From assembly GCF_009914755.1 (NCBI RefSeq), contig NC_060935.1: DNA of 64,000 bases, one strand, 5' to 3'. Source of the stretch: the human T2T-CHM13v2.0 reference genome, Homo sapiens. This document shows, piece after piece, positions 50,916-64,000 of the stretch (position 1 is the stretch's first letter; each line of letters begins with the position of its first letter). The position numbers were made by a program, and so were the translations under genes. The notes beneath the pieces are model-generated. The model was given only the letters and a program-made list of their open reading frames with translations. It was not told where the DNA came from and did no database searches.

Positions 50916-51159
50916 TTACAAAACACTATATTTCACAGAGCACATTGAAAGAGAAGAAAAAGTTGAGCTGCAAGAGTGAAAGGCAAGCAAAGAAACTGGC
51001 AAATAAGTGGGTAAATCTAAATAAATGTTAACTTAGTAAGTAATTATAATAATAACTAATTTCAGGATATAAAAACAAGGTGAAATGAAAATAGAGGGCA
51101 ATAATGTAAAGTGGGAGAAGTGAGACTGGTCTTAAAGCAGTCAAGGTCCTTTTGTTGTA

Positions 51160-51246
51160 TATTTTATATAAAAATATATATTTTATATATGTAGTATATA
51201 TAACATATATATGATATATACATATTCTACATATATATATATATAA
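51160..51246. repeat. (TA)n-rich microsatellite
   Basis: Read directly. Confidence 0.9.
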
Positions 51247-51899
51247 GTAATCCCCCAAAAATAAACATACAAATCCATAAACTAAAAGGTAGAGAATCTC
51301 AAATTGGATTTAACATAAAGCATATTGGGAAATTAAATTACTTCCGATAAATTTAGATTTGTAAGTTCAAGTTTTGATGAGACCCTTCTACTCTAAACAC
51401 TTGGGCAATGTTAGGAATTTTAGGGGACAAACACATCATTCTCTTTACCCTCCTCACCTAAGTTCAGTAGAAATTGAGATACAGACACAGCAGTTAGACA
51501 TACGGAGATCAAAGTATCATTTTATTACTGATCACAACTCTGTTTTTTCCTTAGGTGTGCAACGACATACTACATGCTGAACCCTGGAAGGTGGACTGAG
51601 TTGCTCACCCAGTGACAGATAGTGCTAGGCAACCTTAGGCCTTCCCCTTCGGGGACAGAGTCTTCTCCTGTAAACGTTATGACATGAGGAAAGAAAGAAG
51701 AATCCATGCTTTCTACAAGATGTAGATAAGAAGAGAGAGAAGGAGGGAGGAAGGAACTGGGCTGACCACACTCATCCCATGCAATAGAAGCACTGAAGTA
51801 TTGCCATGGGACAGAAGACTTGATTTTTGACTGGGAACATGAGGGTCAGTAAAAGCAACTGTGAAAACTATCAGATAGGGAGAGGCAAGCACCAAGAAA

Positions 51900-52515
51900 T
51901 AGAAAATAATATATAGCTAAAAATAAAACCTGCAACTTGAGATTATCCTGTTGACCAAAAGTATAAAGCACATAAAGAAAGCCAAAGCTAATGAAGATAG
52001 CCAACAAAAAGAAAAATCAGGGCATGTGTTCTGTCCACATAAAATTGATGTTCTTAAAGCAGTTTTCCAAAGATATTAAAGCAAATGCATTTTAAAATTC
52101 TCAAAGAGAACAACAAAGAAATAAATTCTATTAAATAAAGAGCAAAAAGTGATGAAATAAAAAAGTGGGAAATGAATAGATATATGTAAAAAGGAACCGA
52201 TTCACAATTCACATTCTAAGAGATGAACAGTGGAGTCATTGAAATAAATTATTCAATGAATAAATGCTGAATCAGACACAGTTGAAATGAGAATTAGCAA
52301 ACTAGAAGATAACAACAAGGAATTCAGCCAGACCTCAGCAGAAAGAGAAAAAGGGATGATTTTTAAAAAATTAATGCAAAGAACAGTTTAGGGAAGTAGA
52401 GAATGGACTGAGAGTCTCCAACATACATCTGAGTTCCTGATAAAAATCATAGAGGAAGTGAAAGGGAAGTAACGTGATAAAACAATAGAATTCTCCAGGA
52501 CTGAAAAAAGATATG
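51900..52515 (+). mobile_element. Old L1/HAL1-like ORF1 (coiled-coil region) fragment
   Basis: agacacagttgaaatgagaattagcaaactagaagata...tccaacatacatctgagttcc. Confidence 0.6.
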
Positions 52516-52960
52516 AGGATTCTAGTTTAAAAGTAGAGAACTGGGAGCATTCACTATACTTTTATCCCTTCCTAAATTTCACTAAAATGACAGTGAAGGG
52601 ATTTTAGAAGCCATACATTAACAAAGCAAAAAAGAACAAGAGAGAAGGCAATAGCAACAAAATTTTGGAAGCTAGAAATAAAATAAGACAAAAATCTGTC
52701 TTAGTGAATTTTGGGATGCTGAATCCTAAACCAGCAGTGGGAAAAGTCAAGAGGCAACCCAGTTTATATCACAAAACTAGCTAAAGGCTCAGGATTTTAC
52801 AGCAGCTGAGAACTTCTGGAAACTGGGGTAAAGATTGGGCTAAAGACAGGTGAATTGGGTAAAAAATCTGTGTGAAAATCAATCAGATCCCACACCACTC
52901 CTCACAGTAGGGCAACTGCCCCTGTTCACCCAGCCAAGACTGGAGTCCTTTTCTCGCAAG

Positions 52961-53132
52961 CAGTGCTTCTCCTGTTGTGGACCCAGGAGCAGCAGCTTCA
53001 GCATTACCTGGGAACCTGTTAGACATGCAAATTATTGGACCACAACTCTGACTTAACTGAGCAGAAATTTAAGGGGTGGGACCCAGCAATCTGTGATTTA
53101 ACAAGCTCTCCAGTGAAATGTGAGAGCCACTG
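52961..53132. mobile_element. MER5A hAT-Charlie MITE
   Basis: cagtgcttctc...cagcattacctgggaacctgttagacatgcaaatt...gagagccactg. Confidence 0.88.
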
Positions 53133-53147
53133 TTCTAAAACAAAGGG

Positions 53148-53425
53148 TGTTTGTTTGTTTGTTTGAAACAGAGTCTTGCTCTGCCACCTAGTCTGGAGTG
53201 CAGTGTTATGATCTTGGCTCACTGCAACCTCCAACTCCTGGATTCAAGCAATTCTAGCACCTCAGCCTCTGAGTAAGTGGGATTACAGGCACATGCCACC
53301 ACATCCAGCTAATTTTTGTATTTTTAGTAGAGGTGAGGTTTCACCAAGTTGGCCAGGCTGGTCTTAAACTACTGACCTCAAGTGATCCACCTGCCGCAGT
53401 CTCCCAAAGAGCTGGGATTACAGGT
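53148..53425 (-). mobile_element. AluS, slightly 5' truncated, (TTTG)n tail
   Basis: Reverse dimeric Alu with ttggccaggctggtct...tgacctcaagtgatccacctgcc. Confidence 0.93.
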
Positions 53426-56400
53426 CAGGGATTTTAAATGGCAGAGCAGTAAGCATAATGGAGATGGATATATTATATTGAAAATAGGAACATTTGGTAA
53501 AAGTGTCCTTACTGAATGTTGAGGCTCAGCATCATTTTCTTCTTGACTCTAGAATGCTGGCAGATAGAATACAATATCATCTCCAGGAAAGAGACTGAAA
53601 GGGACTTCTCTGGGGAGTCTGACAAAACGCAACCAAACAAAAAGTGAAAGAACTTCAGGTACTGACAAGGAAGGCTCTCTGAGTAAAAGCCCAGCCACCC
53701 TACCTTTAAGCTCACAGTTGACAAATCTTATAACGTGTCTAAAGCCTCTATTCAGGTTTGAAGTCCTACATTCCGAAATATGGTCAGACAACCAAGGGCT
53801 GTCAGACACCCAGATATCTAAGGAAAGCTTCTGACATCATAGATTTCATTTTAATGGTACACCATGGAGAACTAGTGAGAAGAAAACTATAAAAACACCT
53901 GTCAGTCATATCCTTAGAAAATTAATACTGCAATCATTCCTAAAAAAACTGAAAACTGAGAATATTCAGAGAACAAAAGGGAGATCAGGGAAATTAAAAA
54001 TATCACAAAAATGAGGAACACAATAGGAAGTTTTAAATTAGAAAATTTCCAGGAAAAAAAAAGATGAAGAGAAGACTACCCAGAAAGTAAAATATAAATA
54101 AATTTAAAACATAAGTCAGGAGATCTAATAACCAAATAATAGGATTTCTAGGCAATTTGAGGAAATGAAACAAATACAATTATCAAAAATATAATTCAAG
54201 GAAAGTCCCCAGGACAAAAGAACCTGAGTTTCCTGATAAAATAGTTTATCAGGGCAATGGATTAAAAAGAAAATTTTAAGGACTTATGGCAAGACATAGC
54301 ATTATAAAATTTCCAAATAATAGGAACCAAGAGAAAGTTCCACAAGTTTCCAGAGAAAAAACACACCACAAAGGCTCAGGAATCAGATTGGCTTCAGGCT
54401 AATATCAAGCTGGAGGTTGGAAAACAATGGAGCAATACCTTAAAAATTCATTCTATTCTCAAACTATTAATAAGGTGTAAAAGTAAAATAAAAATATTTT
54501 TAGATCACAAAAGATTACTTTCCATTCAACTTTCCCAGAAAGCCACTAGAGGATGCACTCCAAGAAAAAGAGGGAATAATGGGATAGAAGATGGTGAAGG
54601 TAGATCCCAGGAAGAATGCTGTGCACAGGCAGAGAGAGATCATAAGAAGTCAGGAGCCTCCTGGAGAGAAATTGCTAGAAAACCTCATGTAAATAAGTCT
54701 TGAGAGATATACATATTGGACAAAGGGTTTGCAATTTAGTTACTGATTTCTACATGTAATTCTAAGCAAGTAGGGGGAAAATGATAAATATTAACCATAG
54801 AAAAAAACTAAACGTTGTGAAGGAAACGAAAAATCAGTTTGCTACATGAATCATTTGTAAAGGTCATTGCCTGAAGATAATAATATAAACACTGAATATT
54901 TATCTCTCAAAATGATAACATTATCATATTATAATTAGAAGGATGTGGGGTTTGGGAAGAAGATGAGTGGGGTCAGGAGAGCAAGGAGCTAAATTCTCAT
55001 CTTCCCTCATGGGAAGTCCACAGGTAATGCCTAAACCGAACACTGAGTAAGCAGCAATTTGAGTGTATTACTATTAATAAGGGCATGGAAGTAAATAACA
55101 AATCTATTCGCTTTTTGGGGTGAAGTGGTTGTCTCTGAGAAAGAAAACATGAGGAGATGGGGGACAGAGAGCTTCTATTTGGTATAATTGACTCTGCAAA
55201 GCTGTTTGATTCTTCAAATTTTATTCCATAACTAATATGGCATAATTTTTGTAATTTGACTGCCATATCTCAAGCCCTGTCAGACTAGGAATTATATCTT
55301 GGCAGCCACTATCACTGGAAAAAGAATGACCTTGGGCCAGAGATTTCTAAAGCTATTTGATTCTTCAAATTTTATCCATAATTAACTTTAAAAAATAAAA
55401 AATTCAAGGGGAAAAACATAGAATTAGATAATAGGCCTGTGAGTTGGGTTTCAGCTTTACTTAAAGTATGGTCATCTCTTGGGGGCAATGTATCTAAAGA
55501 AGTGTGTTAATTTTTCCCTCTTAAATTAATTCATTTTAGAAAATATATTTTTAGAAAGAAAAGAAAGATCATTTTACAGATGAAGTAAAATGTTCCAAGG
55601 AGATCTCGGTCTTTTTACTGCTCTCGGAAGACAACACAGAGGAAATGAATAGGAACCATTTTTCTCAGTTGCTCAGAGACCTTGTTGAAGTAACATGAGA
55701 ACTACTGAGGGCATATGAGACATGCCTGACAATGTCAAAACAGCAAGCAGCCTCATCTTCCATTTTATATTTTGAAATAGGAAAGAAAACAGATGAAATA
55801 GCTTTTTCATTATTTTCCACAGCCCAAAAGGAAATTCACTTCAATTTTAATAACATTTCTATTTCTTATTTATCATCATGCAAACCTTATAAAAATTGCA
55901 AAGTCTAAATTTGAGGGATAGGGTGGAGGGATGAAAAAGAAAATGTTTCTGTCATCTAGTCTTTTTTTATTGAACTAAAAATAAAACCTATGTTGCTTTT
56001 GAAGGAGTAAACAGATGGATAATAGTTAGTTCAACAAATGGCCGTGAAGTGTCAGGAAACCGGCTCAAGGCTATGTAGCCAAGAACACCCAAGGTCACAC
56101 CACAGAACTGGTCAAGTGCAGATGCAAACCCTGCCTTACCTAGCCTTGACGCCATAGATTCCACTCATGACATAGCCAGCGTGAACAACGTTCAGCACCT
56201 CTCCCACCACAGCCAAGAATGATCCACTGCTCTTCAACCACCAGGTCTCGAAGAAACTCTTCCTCCTGGTCCCCATTCTTTGCATCAGTAGCTCCTGATT
56301 TGTATCTTAGGTTGTGTTTTCATTGGTTATACCTGTGACCTACAACCATTCTACAGTTATAGGAGCTGTAAAATGCTAGGAAATAGAGCCTCTGGCATTT

Positions 56401-56499
56401 TCAACTACTCACCAAGACTCATAAAGGGGAAGGGCATTTAACATCGAGCCACGGAAAGCGACAGAACAATGACTATCATAACTTGAACCCTATCAGATG

Positions 56500-57055
56500 C
56501 TGGTGAAGTACATGAACTCTGCAGTCAAACTGACTAGGTTCAAATCCCAGCCCTTTTCCTAGAGCTACTGAACCAAGTACACTCCCAGCCTAGGGCCTTT
56601 GTCCTGCTCTTTCCTCTTTCTGAGATTCCTTCCCCTCCGATGTGGGATTATTCACCTGATTCATTTTGGTGAGCCATATTGTTTGAAGCCATATCCTCCT
56701 TGCTTTCTTTATGTTCGTTCCATGATTTATATGTATCCCTAAAACTTATTACCATGGGATAAACTATATCACATACCTGTTGATCTTCTTCCTTACTGTT
56801 TGTGCCCTACTCTACCTACCCCACTTGGCTGTAGGCCCCATGAGGACAAGAGTTTTGTTTGTTTTGTGCACTGCTGTATTCTCCAAAACCGAGAACAGTA
56901 CCTGGTGCATAGTGGACACTCTATCAATATTTTTGATTGAATAAATGGAATCAGCCAGCCAAGTCATTTCTTTGAACCTTAGCTTATCATCTGTAAAATG
57001 AGTTTCATAATAGAAACTGCATCATAAGGTTGTTTGAAAGATTAAATAAGATTAG
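56500..57055 (+). mobile_element. MIR split by an L2 3' fragment (L2 about 56580-56955)
   Basis: MIR left half (ggttcaaatcccagc) and right half (catttctttgaaccttagcttatcatctgtaaaatg) flank L2; ccaagt is present at both junctions. Confidence 0.8.
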
Positions 57056-59130
57056 CGTCTGCAGTGAGATGGTGATAGTCTCCTTACCCATCCACCTTGC
57101 ATTTCCTATTTCCATCTCAACCTACCCGCACTGGGGCAGTTAAACTAAAGCCCCTACTACTTTAGGAAAGCTGTCATGGTAGGACCAGACGACAAAGGGA
57201 TCACATTCTTGGTTTTGAAGTTCAATGCTCTCAGTCCAGAAGTAAGACAGAAACTATTTAGAAGAATATGTGATCAAGTAGAACCAGTTTTTCCAGTCTC
57301 ACTACCCATACCCATAAAACTTTCCAAGGTAGGGAGGAGGGGAGAGAGTGCCAGAGAAAAAGCAAAGGACTGTGGCCCTTCCCCTGGGCCCCACCTCCCC
57401 TCCACAGGTGTCAGCTGCAGAGATGGAAAAGCGGTCAGGAGAGCTGTGGATACAGAGGAAAGGGTCCATTACTGTGCTCCCATCTGGACTTCTGTGAGAT
57501 GGCAACTCATGGGGGCCCAGGAACAGATAGCAGAGATAGTTCCATGGGGCTCCAGAGGCAGGGGTCCTGGACACCCATAAGTCTCCAGTATTCCCAGCAC
57601 AGCACTGGAAAATAGCCAGCTCCCCCTGTGTAGCATGGGATGGCATTAGAATTAGGAGAGAAAGATGACATATCAGAGAAAAGGAGAGACTATGAAGCCA
57701 GGACCAGGTGGGACAGCAGTGCCCACACACCTGGGAGAGGGTGCCAGTGACCAAGACCAGGAGTCACATCTTGGCAGCCACCATAATTGGAAAAAAAATG
57801 ATTGTGGGCCAGAACCTCAGCCTTTTCTCAACTCACACCCATGCCAGGATACATCTCAACACCAGAATGCATATGCCACACCAAGGGGAAAAAGAGAAAG
57901 GCAACAAGTTTGAATGTATTGAGCTTAAACCCAAAGCAACTTAGAAAACCCTGAGAGGACCCAGATTCCTTAGTACTAGAATTGGATATCTATCATGCAG
58001 AACGGGGGCTTATATAAACATATAATTAATAAAAATGAAGTCATAGAACAAAAGAGTTACATTTATTTAATTCAATGATTACATGGCCTATGAAAACCGG
58101 GCTTGCCAAAATATGTAAGGAACTTATTAGTGTCTGGCATTTAGTGAACAACTAAACATATGGAAGCTGCTGTTATCTTTGTGATGACCCGCTGGGCACC
58201 AGTCCATTCACTTCAAGCACGTCACCTCTAATTCCCACAACAACCCTGTAAGGAAGGTATTTTATTATTTCTCTTCTGTAATCATGAAAAATGGGACTTG
58301 GAAGGATTCAATGATTTGGCCAAAGTCACACTCTTAGGAGAGGCCAGAGCTTTGAACCTAGGTCGCCTGATTCCATTCCAGGTTTCCACATCTCACACTC
58401 CCTCTTAGGGGATGGGAGTCCTGCTTAGGTCAGGAGACACTTGCTCTGGTGAGACAGCTGGATGGAGCTGTCCTGGGCTGGTGGGCATTGCCAGCCCTTG
58501 AGAATGCTCCCATCAGTTATGGCAAGGACCCCAGGCTATGAACAGCAGTCCAAATCCAAATTGGCCTCTCCAGGGTTACCTACGTAGACAGGGCTTGCTT
58601 TGTGATGTAGAGAGAATCCAGGGGCCTGTGGACTTTGAACTGAGACAGTGGTTGATTTCCCTCATAGGTCTTCTAATCACTCAGCCCCAAGACCCTCAAG
58701 TCACAAAAGTGTGTATGAGAAGAGCAAAGTCCTCCTCTGAGAAGCCTAAAATAAAGAGTTGAGATACCAGAGGGAGGAAAGCCCTACCCACTTCAGCTGG
58801 GGCAGTATCTGGGCACTGCAGTCTAATTCCAGCTGCAATGATACCTCATTCCTTCTTCATGAGAGCAAGAGAGGCCCAAACACTGGGTCAATGTCCCAGG
58901 TGGAGCCACAGAACCCAAATGTCCACCAGGGAGCACCAGTGAGTCATATGGGTCTTTGGCAGAGATGTGAGGGAACTGGTGGGGGATTCAGGGTCATTTC
59001 CAGGTTCATAACCAAATATCTTTGAATTTTCCTCACTTGGGTGCAGGTGGGCTAGAGAAACAAGGGACAGGTGATTATGCAGTGACTTCAGGGTCACTTT
59101 GCTGTGTTTCATCCTCTCCTCCCACAAGTA

Positions 59131-59161
59131 ACACACACACACACACAGACACACACACACA
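59131..59161 (+). repeat. (CA)n microsatellite
   Basis: Read directly. Confidence 0.95.
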
Positions 59162-60129
59162 GAGGTACATATGTACATGCCATGCGGAGCCCTGAATCCA
59201 ATCTGCTCTAGCAAAGCCTGCTTTTTCTGGAATAAAAATGGTCCTTCACTTCCAATAATTTGTTTGAGTTGTTATTTAATAGATTTCTTTTGCCTAATCC
59301 TCTCTTGTATCTCCTGATTCTCCACAGCACCTGAACAGTCACCCGCACGTGATCTCCTGGTCCCTTCAGGCCCCCGCTCTTTCTGATGCTTCCTCTGAAT
59401 AACAGGCCTGAGTACAAACTCACATCAGAGGTGAATGTGCCCTGCTTTGGTCAAATAGTCTCCCAGGACAGTGCTGTCCAGGAATCTCCTTGGCTGCCAC
59501 CTCCAACCAGGAAAGACCCAATCCAATCACAGCAAGAGACTACCTGAGCTGTGAATCCCCAGGCCTTCCTTGACCAAGTACAAGTGACCCACAGCATGAG
59601 GAGAGTGAGGGTTTGGGAAATAAAGCTGCAGACTCTGGAGGGGTTTTGATTTTTCAAGAGGGCTGATTACCAAGGTCACAAAAGCAGGTACCAGAGTTGA
59701 GGCCAATTAAAACTGCCTGATAAAGTTTCATCCATCCCTGTTGTATAAGATCTCAATGTTCAAACATGACAAAGGGGTGGAGGGTGTTCTTTGAATGGAC
59801 TTTTATTGGACAGAAGCCTAGGAGAGCAGAAGCAGACCCTTAGCACTAGGAAATGTAAAGAGATGCAGCAAAATCCTCTGGCCAATAGCGTGCCCTATCC
59901 ACACCTGTATTCACTACACAGGCGGGAATGGTTTATGTTCTAAAAGAGGAGTGGTCTCTGAGCTTAAAGTGCATCACTAAACAGACAGCTGAGAAGCCTT
60001 CTGCCTCCAGTGGTGGCTTCTCTGAACCATGATGTCTTTATTCTCATAAAAGCTCACCTCTCTGGCAGAGAAATTGCCCAAAGCCAAAGCATCAATCAGA
60101 TCTCCAAAAGCTCCGCGATAGTAACTAAC

Positions 60130-60340
60130 CATGACTGAGCTCTTTCAGTCAGGCCCTGTCCTGGGTGTGACTTGGTTCTCAAGCTTTGTAACCCTTACAT
60201 CTATCTTCTGAGATAGGTACCATTTACTATCCCCAATTTATAGGTGAAGAAACTGAAGCACAGAGAGGTGAAGTAATTGCTTAAGGTCACACAGTTAGGA
60301 AGTGACTAGGCTGGGATTTGAACAGAGTGAAGCCACCTCA
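60130..60340 (-). mobile_element. MIR SINE; further reverse MIRs at about 58190-58400, 60610-60800 and 63840-64000
   Basis: tttataggtgaagaaactgaagcacagagaggtgaagtaattgcttaaggtcacacag. Confidence 0.85.
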
Positions 60341-60839
60341 CCACACTGCCTTCCCTGGGGTCACTTCTATTACACCCCTTAACCCAATGTGTTGCCACTG
60401 TTTGCTCATTTATCACCTCTACCCTTGATCATGAGCTCCTTGAGGGAAGGTACTATGTGTTATTTATTTCTATATGTCCTCAAACCCAGCATAGGATGTG
60501 ATTCGAATAGATGTTGAAAAATGTTGAGTTGAATGATGGGCCTATCCTTTAAAAGCTTGCACTACTGCAGAAGAGAAAAGTAACTAAAAAAAAAAAAGTC
60601 TGTTGAACTCTTGCCATGCAAAAAGCACTACACGGAGTACATTGCACATATTGTCCCCTTGAATTCCCTGAAATTCTCTGAGAGGTAAATGCTATTTTTA
60701 GCTCAGTTTCACAGAAGAAAACCTGTGTCACAGAGAATTTAAGTGGCATATACATGACGCCACAGCTGGGACTCTCCTTTAGACATTTGACTTCATTGCT
60801 GTACATTTTATTTATGATCTATGTTGTTGCCCCTGTGCT

Positions 60840-61480
60840 GTAAGAACAATGAGGAGCCTAAGGAGGAAGGACCTCCTTCCACCCAGAGGATCAAGAAAGT
60901 CTTCCTGGAAGAGGTAGCACCTGGCATAGATTTTTAAGGATGAGTAGGATCTGGAACTGCACAGATGGGCAGGCAAGGCAGGACACCCATGCAGAGGAAA
61001 CCATGTGAGCAAACACACAAAGGCAGACAACTGCCTGCAGCATGTGCAAGAAAACCAGAACCACTTGCACTTGGCTGCAGCTCAGTATGAATGAAGAGGA
61101 ACATGTGAGATTGAGTTAGAAAGGAAGCCTGGAGCCAAATTGTAGAGAATTTTGAATGATAAGCTCTGGGGTTTGAATTTTAGTTACTGGGCAATGGGGA
61201 GCCATTGAGTGCTTTTGAGCAGCAAGTGATATATTCAAGTTGTGCTTAGGGTGATTTAGTAACCAGAAAGAGGACAGCTTAAAGCAGAGAGATACAGGCA
61301 GGATAAAGAGCAATTAGGATTACTAGAAAGATGGGATCAGTGTCTTAACCAGACCTGGAGAGGAGAGAATTGAAGCAATAGATAATTTGATGCCAGATCC
61401 AATTATTTAGCAACTAGTAAGGTATAAGGGCTATGAAGGAGGAAAGAGTTAAGAGAGATGTTAAGGTTTCCTCCTGGCTC
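60840..61480 (-). mobile_element. L2 LINE fragment
   Basis: aagtcttcctggaagagg...gggcaatggggagccattga...ttttgagcag. Confidence 0.75.
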
Positions 61481-61751
61481 AGAGGATGACAGTTCCCTTA
61501 GCAGAGTGCATGTTCGTAGGAGACAGACCATGTCAGGGCTGGTGGATGAAGCTAATGAGCCATTTCCCCCACACTGGGAGCATTTCCTAAAGGGTCAAAT
61601 CTAAATTCCAGGTCATCTGCCCTCTTAGCAGGGAGAACTCCAGTTGGTAACACAGGACTCAATTTCCATTTCTTAGACAAATTTTCTTTCTAGATTTGAT
61701 TTACACAGAGTGATGTATATTTCAGATCAGTGTCAGGCATCAGTAGCCACC

Positions 61752-61775
61752 CACACACACACACACACAAACACA
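61752..61775 (+). repeat. (CA)n microsatellite
   Basis: Read directly. Confidence 0.9.
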
Positions 61776-61789
61776 TGCCCACTACCACT

Positions 61790-62340
61790 AGTGACCAAGA
61801 GCTTAATGAAAACTCCTCCTCTGTGTGAGCCGCATTAGTGACTTGATCCAGTAATAGAAGACAAGCCATACAAATTGAAAACTAAAAACTTCCAGATTCC
61901 ATCCTGCTTTTCCTTATGTCACTTATTTTATGCTGCATGAACTGGATATTAGTTTCTCCGTTTCGCTGAAATGTCGGATCACTAGGGTAGCTTGAGCAGA
62001 CTCAATTTCGCTTCGAGTAATAGAGTGAGATTATTCAAAATTATTTCCAGTGGGCTGAGCCTGCCTGTTCTTTCTGTTATGAGAATAGAAGTAAACAACT
62101 CGCCACCATCCTCGCGAGCTGACATCCTTGACACAGTGCCCCTGTTCCTAGCTCCTTAATCGCGAGAGCATTTTGGTTTTAGCTACGCTCAATTAATTCA
62201 TCCAGGAAAGGGTCCAGTCTGAAAGAGTTGATTTAAAGTGAGATAAACTGGGCAACTGCTTGGAAAACCAGATGATCCCAAATATGTCTTTCATAGTGAG
62301 AAAATGAAGAGCTCTCTCCACATTTAAAGCAGTAACTTCT
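61790..62340. promoter_or_regulatory. Candidate enhancer with two TCGCGA elements
   Basis: No recognisable repeat; locally high CpG retention; FOX gtaaaca at 62091. Confidence 0.4.
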
Positions 62341-64000
62341 CAGCAGCAGTTTTCTTTTTCCTTAAGAGTTTAAGCAGGAGCAGGAGCAGAGGCAATCAAT
62401 GGAATGCCCCTCCAGGGGTATGAGAGGGCAGTGCTGTTGGGGATGAGGACACCTCCAAGCCCCCCACAATCCCTGCTGTGCCCCTGGGTCTGCTGAGACC
62501 AGGTATAAAGGGCTGGGGAGTCCGAGTTGAGTTTTTAATCCCCTGCTAGACACAGCTGGTTCCTCTCTTGCAGTGGAACACAAAAAAGCTGAGCTAGCAC
62601 TTGGGAAAGTGAGATGTCAACATTTTTTGCTCAAATTTGATAAGCAGCGGAAGATTAGCACCTTCCTCAAATCTCGATTTCAAACAATGTTCCTTTCAAG
62701 TCATCCAAATTGGCAAGAAAATCTAGGCCCTGCAGAAAGCCCTGAGGCTTGTGGGGAGAGGACAGAGAAGGGAAGATTGGAGCAAGGGAAGGAAGATGTG
62801 TTGTGACCAACCCCAAACTCACAGCTTTTAATGCAGCAACATTCACGTGGGGGAAGAAGGAACCCCCACCTCATGACTTTTCCACTGTAGGATCCCTCCC
62901 TGGGAGGACAGACAGTGAAGCATCTGTCCAGTGGACAGGGGGACCCAGGCCCTCGGTGGCCTCAAATCACCCCAGGCATCTGGCTTCAACTGTGCCGAAA
63001 GCATTACATGGCACAAACAAGCTGGGGAAATCAAGGACCAATCAGAGCATTAAAAACAGGCTTTTCTAGCCTCCCAGGGAAGGCTAAGGTTTCGGCCCTG
63101 CTGCCATCTCCTCACATTTTCCACTGATGTCACCCCAGGCAAATAATTGGTGGAGAGAAGACTTAAAGGGGAAGAGAGGGGCTATGTGAACAGAGCAGTG
63201 GAACAGGGAGAAAAATAGGGCTGGGGCTGGCCCCAGCTGTGACCACGGGGCTGTCACTCTCACTTGGTGAGCAGGGCTGCGGGCCAGCCATTTGCTGCAG
63301 AATGAAACCTTCTTCTTGTTCCCTGATGGAACACATACTAGCAAAGGTATGCTTCTACTCCAGGGAGGAGAGACCTCTGTTTCACACCAGACCTCGTTGC
63401 TTAATCCCAGCCAGGAGGCAGCCTGGCAAAGCAGGCAAACTGAAGCTGTTGGGAGTCCTGGCCCTACTTCTATGGTGCTGTGTGACACTGGAAGATCCAC
63501 AGCCCTTCTCTGAGCCAAGCTGTACCTGATGCTTGGCCAGTGACTCTGTATAATGGGCTGTTCAGTGCCTGTGTTACCAACAGCTCAATTTGAAGGTCTC
63601 TGCAAGTAAACTTCTTCAAACCATCAGAATTCAAGAAATATTAATTAAATGCCTCTTATGTGCCAGGCATTGTGCTAGACACTTTGCCTAGCACATAATT
63701 ATTTAACTTATGTCCTTAAAAACAGTTATCAGTTACCTGTTCTGTGTGATCACTTTGCTACGCACTGGGCATAAAATAGTGCCTAGCAAAGTGCTAAAAA
63801 GCAAAACAGAGTCCTTATTTTCTCAGAACTGATGTTTGAGCTCTCTCGTTGGTACCTGGCAACACTATGATACAGTATTATCAGCTGCATTGTATAAATG
63901 AGGAGATAGCAGCTCAGAGAGGTGGAGTGATTTGCCCAAGGTCACACAGCAGTCAAGAACAGAGTCAAAAGAGGAACCTTGGTCTTCTGGCTTAAATCCA

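Larger units (their letters stand above)
52518..55405 (+). mobile_element. HAL1 (Half-L1) element, near full length, interrupted by MER5A, an Alu and a templated insert
   Basis: 5' region cactaaaatgacagtgaaggg...gcaacaaaattttggaagct...gctgaatcctaa...aaggctcagga matches recalled HAL1; 3' end ctatttgattcttcaaa...taactttaaaaaataaaaaatt; about 2.3 kb after removing inserts. Confidence 0.75.

Noticed and set aside
57176-57754. Longer ORFs (134 and 150 aa), and others at 2433, 24267, 40117, 43657 and 63084
   Set aside because: No recognisable domain, no consistent exon structure, and several overlap repeats. These lengths are expected by chance in 64 kb.
60691-60702. Perfect MEF2 site ctatttttag
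   Set aside because: An isolated motif inside a degenerate MIR with no supporting cluster.

Overview
This is primate (most likely human) non-coding nuclear DNA. It is CpG-depleted, carries AluS/AluJ/FLAM/FRAM elements, and is rich in ancient mammalian repeats: MIR, L2, CR1/L3, MaLR and ERVL solo LTRs, hAT/Tigger relics, old L1M fragments and a near full-length HAL1. I can support no protein-coding exon, RNA gene or CpG island. The supplied ORFs look like Alu, simple-repeat or chance ORFs, and I cannot name the locus. Several repeat-free blocks retain CpGs and are dense in transcription-factor motifs, so they look like distal enhancers of a large intron or gene desert (about 26.6-27.2, 30.8-31.4, 38.3-38.8, 46.6-47.5 and 61.8-62.3 kb). 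The most notable structure not explained by transposons is a set of five short (40-175 bp) local copies whose donors lie 1.5-2.7 kb away. Four of them have short fold-back inverted repeats at or near the junctions, and a similar hairpin filler sits at a deletion junction. This pattern matches templated-insertion DNA-break repair scars of different ages. I did not find a convincing new gene system. Repeat family names come from recalled consensus sequences, subfamily calls are tentative, and the ends of old repeats are approximate.
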